Of a stretch of 64,000 bases of DNA, positions 49,001-60,221 are shown in pieces. The notes beneath the pieces were generated by a model. That model saw nothing but the letters and a program-made list of their open reading frames with translations. It was not told the origin of the DNA and searched no databases. The position numbers and the translations under genes are program-made. Location: positions 735,368 through 799,367 of the forward strand of contig CAJINV010000012.1 of assembly GCA_905178155.1 (NCBI GenBank), written 5' to 3'. The DNA comes from Amoebophrya sp. A120 (taxonomy: Eukaryota; Protista; Dinoflagellata). How positions within the stretch are numbered: position 1 is the first letter of the stretch; each line of letters begins with the position of its first letter.

Positions 49001-50269
49001 CCCTGGACCAACATAGTCCATCTCCGGGCTCCTTTCACCATGCAAATACACCTTATCTAGCTACCTTAGTTAATTAGTACATTAAAAAGTGGCCTATTTT
49101 ACACGCAATTATCTAATATCCTGTTTTGTACTACTATCAATTTTTTTTTTTTTGATCCCCCATGGTATTTTAGATTTGGTTGAGTTATTTGTGTCATACC
49201 GCCATGTATCAAATGTAAAAATGTCTGGGTCTGGAAATTTGTGATGCTGGGTGGCGTATCATGAGGAGGCCACAAGTGCTGGCTCAGCATGACAAGTTTC
49301 TGAGCTTCCAGGTGTTGCCTATTCTGCATGACAAACTGCGTTTCTGCATGACAGAAAAGTGGCGCTCTTGGGTAACATGCATGACAGATTTGAGAGTCAT
49401 GCCAGACAAGCATGACAAACATGCACTCTTCCAGACCCAGACATTTTTACATTTGATACCATGTATCTATCCAGAAACCAGGACTTGAAAAACCCAGTGA
49501 AGCTCGCCTCAGTTGGCGCCGGTAAGAGAAACAACGAACCTGCTAAATATCAACTGTAAAAATGTCTGGGTCTGGAAACTTGTGATGCTGAATTGCGCAT
49601 GATTGAAGCGCTTCCAATGGCAGCCAAGCATGACAAGTTTTTGAGAGGCCTGCTGATGCCTAGCACGCATTACAAATTGCGTTTTTGCATGACAAAGAAA
49701 GCCTCTGTTTTGCTGCTCATGCAACACAGATTTTCGACGAATGCATGACACGCATTACAAGTTCCACTTTTCCAGACTCAGACATTTTGACATTTGATAC
49801 TAAACCCAACACTCCGATACTGAACGCATTGCCGGCCTTAGTCGAGTATCAAATGCAAAAGTGTCTGGGTCTGGAAACTTGTGATGCTAAAAATGAACGA
49901 TAGACGCACTGCAGTACGCAGCTATGCATGACAAATTTTTTGGCTCCCATGTCTTACGTATTCCGCATGGCAAACTGCGTTTTTGCATGACAGGTAGGAG
50001 GGCTTTTTCGTGCCTGTGCAACACAGATTCTCGAGTCATGCCAGACAAGCATGACAAACTTGCACTCTTCCAGACCCAGACATTTTTACAATCCATATCG
50101 AGTTGTTCAGCAATATTCCGCACGCTAACGCCGAAGCGCCTATTGCGTAGGCTTGGGACCGGGTGACGCCGAGTTCCCGGAGGATGCCATCCACGTTGTT
50201 TGGCGGTCTTGGTGGCGGTGGAGCAGCTCGGGGGCTGTTGTTCGCGCTCGACGACGGCGTGGAGGACAT
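46061..50269 (-). CDS. Small membrane protein of unknown function; 4 introners and 2 putative GT-AG introns (~46584-48750, ~46241-46437)
   Basis: Joins LNNS|TKAG, VLGL|AGSL, DRYM|A|AAGK, QK|SKRE and ME|VFRF...DLAG* are in frame; two hydrophobic segments. Confidence 0.7.
46870..48700. repeat. GC-rich intronic insertion with 11-bp (TCGTTTTGGCY)n arrays in both orientations and GGCAGACC-type repeats
   Basis: Arrays at ~47212-47265 (inverted) and ~47340-47640; second repeat class at ~48195-48580. Confidence 0.8.
48794..49198. mobile_element. Introner, family K, with long internal hairpin
   Basis: Perfect 24-bp TIR TATGACACAAATAACTCAACCAAA; perfect TSD CCGCC; foldback at ~48915-49070. Confidence 0.92.
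49207..49458. mobile_element. Introner, family A
   Basis: Perfect 30-bp TIR TATCAAATGTAAAAATGTCTGGGTCTGGAA; perfect TSD CCATG. Confidence 0.95.
49548..49799. mobile_element. Introner, family A
   Basis: Family-A TIRs; perfect TSD CTAAA. Confidence 0.93.
49847..50097. mobile_element. Introner, family A
   Basis: Family-A TIRs; perfect TSD TCGAG. Confidence 0.93.
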
Positions 50270-53200
50270 TTTCTGTTTGCTTTGCAATGATAAAAAAGTA
50301 TGTGATTAATCAATGAATACTGGATGTTGATTAAAAGCGCAAAAATAATCAAAAAAGAAAAACAAGTGCAACTCGATAACTTCTACAAACAAGGACGATA
50401 GAAAATCAGTGCCACATTCTTGAGACCTGAGGGCGTGGGCGGCAAAAGTCCGATGTTGTAATTCTAATTTCGAGTCGAAAAATAACGACCTATGCGAGAG
50501 CGAGGTCCAGGAGATCCAACTCCAAAAATAAATACGGCAAGATGAAAGCAAAGTAGATCTATCTCTGCAGGCACAACACGACTCCGAGGACGGACGACCA
50601 TCGTTGATCTTAGCTCTGTATGGTAGAAACAATCCGACAGCCGTTCCGAAAGCAATGCCAACCGATGAACTTTGTAGATGCAGTGTCAATGTGGATCAGC
50701 CCACCAAGGTACTCAGCAAAACAGATCAGCTTTTCCGTCACAGAGATTTTCACATCCAAGTTGAAATACCGTTCTCAAAGAACATGCGGAAGGTCTGTCC
50801 TCCAGGCGAGTGGCCAACCGACCCTGTAGCTTTGTGGCGCTTGCCGTGCAGCACGAAAGCACCAACTAACACCCACCTCCGCGCGCGCAAGCAAGGAGCC
50901 CAAATGGCGCGAGAAGATAGGTAGAAAGAAATTGCAGCTGTAGATCATGCATTTTTTCAAATAGATTTCCGTCATTGGGATACTAGTTCCACCTGATTTT
51001 TCTCTCAATATGAGCGAAGAAATATTCATAAATGGACAACTTTCTTCAAAATCAAATATTAATCAAAAGTATCAACAAAGTCAAAGTAGCAGATGATGAT
51101 GATCCTCCTCGCACCTACTTTGAATTAAGAAGTTGTGCGCCGCGCGACAAGATGTAGCTTCTTGTGTGCGACGGTTCCTCTAGTAGTTCGTCTGGGTCTG
51201 CTAGTCTGTCGCCGTCGAGAAGTTGGACCCGGAGCGCAGGGCCTTGATCAAACCATCCGCCGATAAAGTTGTTTCGCTGCGACTTCGCCGTTGTGTTTCT
51301 TTTTCCGAAGATTCGTGCATCGAGGCCTAGACTACACCTCTAGTCGAATCGGTGTTCTTCAATCCACCAGGCGGACGCGGGTCTTGGTAGCAGGGGTAGC
51401 GCTTCTTCAATACGTGCTTGATAAAGAGGTAAAATGCTCATGAAAAAGTAGCTCTAAGTTTACAAAGCGACACAAATTAAAATTAAAACCAGAATTTAAA
51501 TCTGTTGTGTGAAGAACATAAATTTCTGTATACTAGTAAACTTGAAAAAAATCAACCGCTTATGGGCACAGGAGGTGAAAACACAATAAATTTCTTGTGC
51601 TTGTTTCTCTGCTAGACATTTGAAACGATTGAAGTCATCATGATTTATTTCTCGGGGGAGATAGAGATTTTTGACAACAGGAGCAAGCGGCCGGGGTGTC
51701 ATTGTTGTTCTCAATGACTAATATAGAGTTGGTCTAGTTCGAGGAGGTTGTAGTAGACATCAGTCACGCAGCACGGCTGCGCGCCCGATGAAAGCAGCAG
51801 CTCTAAAGGGATTTATCAAACTCGCTAGCGAGATGAAAGTATCTCAATGAGCAGTTGTCCGAGGTGAGTTGTCTTCCAGTTGTCGAAGTTGTTTTTGGAA
51901 AAGTTGTCGGTAAAAAAGAACTGAAATATTATTCCGGGTCAAACTCAATTGTCAACACTACAAGAAACAGTTCCGCTATTCAACATGGGGTAAATATTCA
52001 AGAAACTTCTACCTTCATACGTAAAAAATGTGTTGTCCTCGCGACTACTCAAGCAACGCCTCGAAATATCTAGACATCGATGTACTTGTCCAACAATCGA
52101 GAATCTTTTATCGTCGAACAAGTGAGTTATGATATTTTCGCATCAAAAAACTAGTCTGTTTTCTGCGTTGGTTTCTTCTGTTTCGGGCCCTGCAAGGCAC
52201 CACGAAACAATGAGGTTATAGAAGTGTTAAATTCAATTCTACCATCAAATCATACCAGCATAAAAAGTTTATGAAGCCAACAGTTTTTTCTCGTCGCACC
52301 GGAGGGGTGCGAAGGTTGTTGTTCTGGTGTGCGACGATTGGCTTTTGTTTACCAATCAACGCCACTCAGATTTCAATTTCATCAAACGACAAAGAACATA
52401 AAAGCCAATCATACGCGCGCTGTCGGTGCCTCGGAAAAATCATGTTCGTGAAATTTCAATTAATACAGACACGTACAGCGAATGTTACTGTTCCCTACTA
52501 GCTAGAACCTCATCTACTTGGTTTTGCAGCTGCCATTGCTTGCAGCTGCTCTTGATCTATCGTTCGTAGAATTCCTGCTGCATCTACATCGCTAGACGAG
52601 TAAATAAGTACTAAGTATCTTCTAGACGCGTCGTGACTTCAGCAACCACCTAGGCCGCAACCTGCTGCGCCGTTGGCAGCGAGGCCACCGGATTGGCACT
52701 TGTGGTCGTCGAGGCCGAAGTTGTTGCGTCCTTGCTCGCCGGTATAGGATTGAAAATGTGCCTGACTCACATTGAAGACTGATCTTTCACTTTCTTTTTC
52801 ATGATGAGCATCATCAACATGAATAAACCGAGCTTTTTTCGCGCACCACCACTCGATCCATGAAAAGTCCAGTAGAAGTTCCATCCACAATAGAGTCAGT
52901 TTTTTTCACATCCTTAGTCAACCCCGTGGATGATGATCCATTCACGGATGCCTTGGTTACCGCTTCGCAAAAAAATATGGAAACGAAATATGTAGCTTGT
53001 AGGCGGGACGGTTTTATTATCTCCGAACTGGAATTGCGGTTCTTGTCGCCCAAAATCTTCTCTCGCTATCCTTCTTGTTGTACTAGCACGCCCCCGGACC
53101 ACACGGACTCACTCCCTCGCTCCGACACCTTTCAAATTCATCTTGTAGCTCGATTTATTGGGTGCTAGCTTGCATTGCTTGCTACGACGGGCGCTTGTAT

Positions 53201-53357
53201 TTTGCTGTACGTACTACTGTAGCAAAAAGAACTTCTGTCACTCTCCTAGTAGGGGTATCATCATCTCCGTACTGGGTGGTCTTGCAGAGTTCTTTCACAG
53301 CCTTGACCTTCTCAGGTTAGTGGCAGGCGAGAAGTCTCACGACAGCACACACTCTCG

Positions 53358-56300
53358 TCATGCAAGACGTGTTGAGTAGCCTCCATCAGGTATCAATGGT
53401 GGCTGCTCAATGTACGCTCCGATGCAAAATTGCATAACAGGAGCAGCTGCTGGAGCTTCAACCTTGTTTATTTCTGGTGCAGCACCAGCAGCAGTTGTTC
53501 TTTTACTTCTGCCAACATCGCCGCCCAATGACGGTGTCACTTGCCATCGCCGCCTTTTTGCGCTATTCATTTCCGTAGCTGCATTCAGGTTCGCGGTGCC
53601 ACTGCTCGTTATGCAATGTAAATAATATCCTGTACATGTACAAAATGCATGACAAATTTTGCTAACTTGCAGTGTACAACTTGTCATGCTAGCCTAGTAT
53701 TGAAGGCAAATTTTGTCATGCAGAGACAGCATTTGTACGTGTACAGGAAATTTACTGTGGATACTCGTTGCCGTCGTTGTACTAGAGGATCCTCCGGACT
53801 GCGCGTTCGCCGTGCCGGACTGCGGGGTAGGAATGCTGCCCCCACCGATACCCGGGTTTGCCGGACCACCATTACTGCTGCTTCCAGTATTGTCCGCCTT
53901 AGCCGCACAACTCGCACTGTCTTTCTTCGCCTCGGAATTATTACTGTCCGTCGGCGGGGGAATGGTTGCGGACGAGTCATTGGTCTTCTGTGAGTCCTCG
54001 TTGGTATTACTGACCGGATTGCTTCCCGCGGCAGCTGCCGGCGCAGTTGTGTTTTTACTGTTGTTACTAGTCGCATTCGAGTTGGATTCCATCTGATGCT
54101 GGATACAGAGATCCAGGGACTTTTCGTGCAGCGCGATCTGTCGGATGCTACTGGCGATCAGGTGGTGTTGTTTTTGTAAATGTTCTAGATTCGGTCTCTC
54201 CATGAACTTCAGGGATTTTCCGGTCGTGTTTGCTTTCCCGCCGGTCACGTGCAGCATGGCCTCGCGGTCAGAGGTAGAGTCGCCTAACCCAATGATGTTT
54301 CGTCGGACGTTGTCTGTGATAAGGATTTTTTTGGTTTGATTGTCTGATGCGTATGATGCCAACACGCGATACAAATTGTTCAAATTCTGCATGAAGATAC
54401 AACAAACCTGTACCTCGCCCCACGCTCCGCCCGTGGTGATCCCTTTGGTTGTCGTAATAACTGTATGCACTGCACAAGTATCGTACTCGTACTAATTGCA
54501 TTTATGCATTACAAATCGAAATATTTTTTTATTTAAAGCAAATCCGCATTACAGTTTTAATTTGTAATGCTACGCCAATTTGTAATGCAATCTATACTAG
54601 CACGATGCTTTTGCATTGCATAAACTGCGGATTTCGTGGTCAAAGGAACGCACTTTCCACTCCACGGGCAAGGTGCACCCCGTCGGTTCCCAGGTCGACC
54701 TTGCGCTATGGTACGGGATGGTGCCCATCAGGTCTTCCCAGGAGGGGAAAAATTTCTTGATGGTGAGCTCGATCCATGCGTTATGGAGAGGGAACACAAA
54801 ACTTGTGTCGCAGGTGTGATAAGGACAACACAAACTCAAAAATTACCTAAAGGAAGCAGCCCCATTCCAACGCGCGCTACACAAATACACATTTCTTTGT
54901 CCCGAAATCGGACGAATTCGAGCGTGATTCGAAACTGCCTCCAGCAAAAATCACACTGCACGCGCTTTTTCCATGCGATGAAATCACACTGCTTCTCGAC
55001 AGAAGTCCCAGTGTTCCTCCTGATACCCGTCCTCGGCATTAGTGACGATCAGGACTTTTCCGTACTTTTTCGCCTCCTCTAACCTGATAGATGAGGAAAT
55101 CGGTGTGTTTCATATTCATTCAACATGCGCAAGGAAATAAAAATCTTCAACTTGTTATTTGTTGATGAAAGGTGTCATGCAATAGAACCAAAACCAACAA
55201 AAATACGTTCTCATTGCCAGAGGGTTTTGCAGGTTTTGCATCACAAGTTTATTCTACATGACCGAGAAAATTTGCCATGCAAGTTTCCTAAGGGAAAACG
55301 CAGCTAAAAACCCACTGTCTTGCATGTGCAGCAAGACAAATACTTCGCTGTTGCATTCTATGCATCACAAGTTTACAGTGAAACAGTTTTTCCTTGCGAT
55401 AGTTGCTCAAACTCGCGTAATCCAGTTCCGCCACCAAATTCGGCCTTATCAAGTCCTATGAACTGCAAACGTATCGTACGTAGTATAAATTGCATTACAA
55501 ATTTTCTCAGCATGAAAAATTGAATTTGTCATGCTAATACCTTGGAAAGGAAATTTGTCATGCATAAACAGCAATTAGTACGAGTGCGATACTTTTGCAC
55601 AGGATAAGTCCCCGAAAGCATCAACATCGTCCGCCTGGTAAATCTCGACCTTGCAGAATGAGAGTGCACAACACACCCTCTCCGTCGTTTGTCTAGCTTG
55701 AACAGCAATACGAGCGTCGCAAAGAATGCAGGTTTTGCATGGCAAATTCAGGCAAGATTGCCGTGCTACTGGAGCCTCTGCCAGAACCTGTCATGCTAAA
55801 AGTGCCAAGACGCTGTAATAAAGAAAGCGAAAAACCTTCAACCCCCGGCGCGCGCCCGGATTGACCTGCAACCCCGCGCGCGCTGATTACGTTAAGTTGG
55901 GGCAAGGACTTGGAGAAAAGACTAGAGGCCGGCGCACCCCCCGCATTGGCGCGCCCCCCTCGCTTTCTCGTCGAGGGTGGGGGCGCCCCCTTGAGAGGAC
56001 CAGGGCGGCGGAGGAGGGAGGGGGGCGGGCATTGCACATGGTCCCCTGGTGCTTGTGTGTTCATTTTTGCCAATTCGCCCCCTCCCCTCCACGTTGTGGC
56101 GTCGAAAATCGTTTGCATTTCTCCCCACCCCGGTACCGCGATCGCGAGAAGCCCCTCTCCCATCTTCTGGAACCCGTGCGAATGCGCGACCCGCGTCCGC
56201 CTGCAAAGCAGATCCTAAACGCAGCTTCCAGGTCCGAAAACCCGTCGGCGATCGCATCTCTTTCATTTTGCGCAACCTCCACGCCATGCAAAAGTTGGTG

Positions 56301-57016
56301 GGTGTCCCGCAGGTAACCGATGAAGAAAGAGAAGTGTGGCGATGGAAGAAGGGCGCAACCTCTTCTCTTGCCATCGGGGTTTCATAAGAAAGAAAAGCAG
56401 AAAACGACCACGAACAGAAGAAAAATGGAGCTGTTGCGAGGTGCGATGTGTGATTGCAATTATAGAAGGCATCTACATTAATGAAAATACGAAAGGAGGA
56501 GGTTCACTATAGAAATGAGGAAAGGTGGGAGGTTTGTCCCACCATACAATAGAACCAAAACCAACAAAAATACGTTCTCATTGCCCAGGGTGCGTAATCG
56601 TCCAGCTGAGCCTTGAGGTTCTGGGGCACCTCCCCCGGCATGTCGACCCTCAGCTCGTTTCGTATGGAAGGGATAAACTTGAGTCACAGGACGAGCGAGG
56701 CTTGTCAAGTACACGCATGTTGACAGTAATATTCAGATTTGCTGTACAACAAGAACCTGCAATACAAATGATCTGCTCGCTGCGACTCAAAAGTTTGTTC
56801 CTTCGGATACTCAGGGCGAGCCATGTTGTCGGCAGGATCGTGTCGTCCCTGTTGGATTTTTATGAAAGAGATTTAGGGTGTTGAGATTCACTCTGTGATG
56901 CGCAGACTGGCATGAAAAATTCACGTTGTCATGCAGATTATCCTACGACTACATGCTCACTTACCAATCGAAAATGAACAGGGTGTCCTCCTTGTGGTAG
57001 CCCTCCGGGAGTTCGG
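53358..57016 (-). CDS. HAD-superfamily protein (FDWDDT type, resembling apicomplexan HAD-domain ookinete protein); start unresolved
   Basis: Reconstructed motifs TLFIFDW|DDTILPTTW, VLIVTNAEDG|WI, SARSTWE..WK and NIIGLGDS..KSLKF; 4 exonic introners and GT-AG introns 56849-56964, 55084-56573 and 54314-54413. Confidence 0.82.
53610..53763. mobile_element. Introner, family F
   Basis: Family-F TIRs; perfect TSD CTCGT. Confidence 0.93.
54464..54622. mobile_element. Introner, family C
   Basis: Family-C TIRs; perfect TSD AACTG. Confidence 0.92.
54782..55025. mobile_element. Introner, family H
   Basis: TATGGAGAGGGAACAC..ACTTGTGTCG / CGACAGAAGT..GTGTTCCTCCTGATA; TSD TGCGT/CCCGT; splits the TNAEDG|W motif. 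Confidence 0.82.
55225..55401. mobile_element. Truncated family-G introner (right half)
   Basis: Ends TTTTTCCTTGCGATA like 57832; interior similar; left TIR absent. Confidence 0.6.
55457..55606. mobile_element. Introner, family C, inside a larger intron
   Basis: Family-C TIRs; perfect TSD AGTCC. Confidence 0.9.
56663..56809. mobile_element. Introner, family H-like (diverged)
   Basis: TATGGAAGGGATAAACTTGAGTC / GACTCAAAAGTTTGTTCCTTCGGATA; TSD degenerate; frame restored by element+5. Confidence 0.75.
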
Positions 57017-57621
57017 TTTAGTATGCAGGAGAAAATCTTCGTTCGGAATCTTCCCAGCAGCTAACCGTCCTCTTAGCTGGCTCACAGCTTGTGCTTGTAT
57101 TTGTATTGATGCAGATGTACTACCGGACCTCCACCTCCTATGTTAGCTCATGTTCACAACGAACATGACTCGTCGCAAAGAATGCAGAATAGTACTAGAT
57201 ATATTTCCGTCAACATGTTCACCAGGTCATGGATTCTGCAATAAATAAGTCAATTGGGTTGTAAGAAGATCTTCAACTACGACTTCTTCCTATCGATATC
57301 TTTTCCGTCTTCATGACTACGTCGTGCGCCGACATGGTGTTGGTCTGTTTTTTTTTCGTGTCTTCATAATGGCCGAGAAGATTTTTTTTCACATGTACAT
57401 AAAGCCTTAAAGGCGGCTTCACCACATGGCAGGCGAACCATTTACAACATGGTTATTGCTTTCAAAAACTAAAACATCACAACAAAAACTAGAATGGAAT
57501 GATCCATGTGTATACTAGTACCTTCCGTGCACAACTTTTCGCTTTTCCTTTTCCCAAGCGTGAAAACGCTACTCGTTCTTGAGACAGGTTGTTCCGCTTC
57601 CCCGCTGGTCCTCGCCGAGGT

Positions 57622-57832
57622 TATCATATGACAAAAGTGTTACAGTTACACATTTGTTGGAGTTTCTCCATCACAAATCCTCTCTGTGTGGCAGAGAAAA
57701 CCTGCAGTGCGAAGATCATAAGGGAAAACAGGAAGGAAACGAGGCTCCCAAGCATTTCCTGCATGAGGAAGGTTGATTGTATTGCCGCTCTTGCAACACA
57801 ATGTGTAACTGTGACACTTTTTTCTTGCGATA
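57622..57832. mobile_element. Introner/MITE, family G
   Basis: TIR TATC....AAAAGTGT.ACAGTTACACATT; perfect TSD GAGGT; host exon or UTR unresolved. Confidence 0.85.
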
Positions 57833-60221
57833 GAGGTCGAATTGGAATTAATATACGAACTCAGGTTCAGCAAGTCGTCGGTCGATAAATTCGTCTCCGA
57901 AGATGAAATATGCCGCAAAATTGATCTGCGTGTGTTGTCGGTTGGTGCACAACTGTTTTCCTAACTACTGTCCTTGGAAGTCTGGCGAAATCGCCACACT
58001 TTGACCCCAGAAATTTGATGGCTTTTTAGCAAGAAATCTGACAGGAGGTGAAAAACCCTCGTCAGGATCGATGCAGGAGGAGGAAGGTTGTACTAAAAGG
58101 CCGTCCTCCGCGCGGATAGGAACTGTCTGGTTCTGGATTTACTGTTCTTCTACTTTCTTGAACAGCGATCACATTTTGAAGTAGAAGATGGCAATGTTGA
58201 TGACGATCAAACGGCTTTTTTCTGTGGTCCTTTCGCTCGTAGTCGTAGGGTAAGAAAAAGTCGTGCGCGCGTGGTCGTCTGAGTTGTCCGCCTGGTTGTC
58301 TGGTACTTCTTACGCCTTCACCTGTGCAGCTCCTGCAGTCGTTCCTCTAACGGCTTGATGTGTGCTCCGCTAGTAACAAAATCTCGCCCAAAAATGACAA
58401 TTCCTGTGGGCTTCCTCACACGGCGTAGTTCTAGTTCTGCACGTGCGCAGCTATCAAGGAGTAGGAGGTAGAAGGAGACACAAAACTTCTTGTTAACATG
58501 CAGCTTTCCGTACTGCAAGTTCTGGTATTGTAGTGTTCGACGAGGACGATGAAGAAGTTGTGTCGAGATAGTTTTCGTTTGCCTCCCAAGTAGATTTTTT
58601 GAGAAGTCGCGAAGAACTACCCAGGGTCGTGGCGGAAATCGACGTGTTAGAAAAGAGAAATAAAACGGGTGGACACACAAAGGCCATCGTCTTCTCCACG
58701 AAGCTACTGCACTCCGGACCGATTGGTCGTTTCGAGAAGTTCAAGTTCTACCTTACAGTGATAAGATAAAGCCCTTCAGTACAACTTCTGGAGCACAACT
58801 CAAAACTCGAACCCGTGCTACAATGATGATCGCCAAGAGGATTTTAAGAATTCACATCACCCACACGTCGCAGTATATGGAAAGGCTCTCGGCCTCACTT
58901 AGGGCATGAAAAATCATGTGGCAAATAGCCGAAGCCGAAGCTGCAGCGCAGCCCCGGGCGTTTCAGATTGAAGATGGAGGCCCGGAAATAAAGAGTGAAG
59001 TTTGGTGCTCACATCTGACAGCATGACAGGCCTGTGAACAGTGTCAACACTTCAGGACGAGCGGTTATCAACTGTCCAGTGCGCAGGAGCACGCAGTTTC
59101 AGGCGGGAAAAAGAGATATATGCAAGAGTTGATATTATAGCTCCTGCGCTACTAGCGCACAAGTGAAAGAACAAGAAGTGAAGAATAATTTAGTACGGTC
59201 AAAACTAGCAACGTTCGTCCGCTAGTGGTCGAGGACGGGTAAGCACAGAGATATAGTGTAGATTCTTTTTAATATCGCCTAGAAATGCAAAAATTGGTCG
59301 ACGATAGCGCTATCGTGAAGAAGTATGGGTGAGTCTATTATTGAGGTAGTAAAATCAAAACTTATCGCAATTACTAATTCGTACTTTCATGTGGGTCTCA
59401 GTTTTCCATGTCGCTAATGAAGTAGAAGTGATGTACTATGTTGATACGTACTAGCTGCTGAGGTTTTGCTGGAGATGAAATTGTGCCGCTTACCCGATGT
59501 TGGCCTCGTGGGAAGTTGAAGATGCCCTCTAAGTAGACATAAACTAACTGATGTAACCAAACCCAACATCGTCATCACACAGCCACCTCCAGCGGCGTAA
59601 AATCACATCAGGCACACAAGCAGGGGAGACATCAACTTCCTGTGGGTCATTACCCAAGCGCCACCAGCTCACTGTTTCTACAAGCTAAGCTACATCATGA
59701 AAACAAGACCACCTCGACCATTCGTAACACGCAGCATCACCATCAATATCTTCTCGCCAGCAACATTCATCAAGAAAAAAAGTCCGATCGGTTGTAAAAA
59801 TCGAACGGAGTTTTATATAAATAGCTTTAGTAAGTTTGTTGATACAGGTTAATATGCACTATCAGCCACGAGTTGTAGACAACTTGCACGCAGCTTCGTT
59901 CTTGCACGCAGAACTTGAATAAACCTCCTGCTCTTACAGTACCAGTAACAAAAGAACAGATCAACCTCGGAAGAGAGGAAAAGTGAACACCAGCAATAAA
60001 AGGTCGGCGTTTCATTTTTGAAAGCCAACGCATGGCACACCAGCAAGTAGATGTCGAACAAGTACTTATTTTATTCTTCATTTTTTATTTTTTCTTGTGT
60101 CGCTCGTTCTCGCAAAGGCTCTTTTGGTTCATTGTCGTCTGTGTCGCTGATATCTCATCATGCTCCGAGAGAATCAATCATGCTCCTGCAGCTGTATATC
60201 GATTGTCTTTGTGTTTGTCAT

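Noticed and set aside
50300-53300. Short ORFs suggesting another gene
   Set aside because: No coherent frame or motif could be reconstructed; left unannotated.
57022-57401. Possible further decayed introner upstream in the HAD gene
   Set aside because: The left end TATGCAGGAGAAAATC is plausible, but the right end and TSD cannot be fixed.
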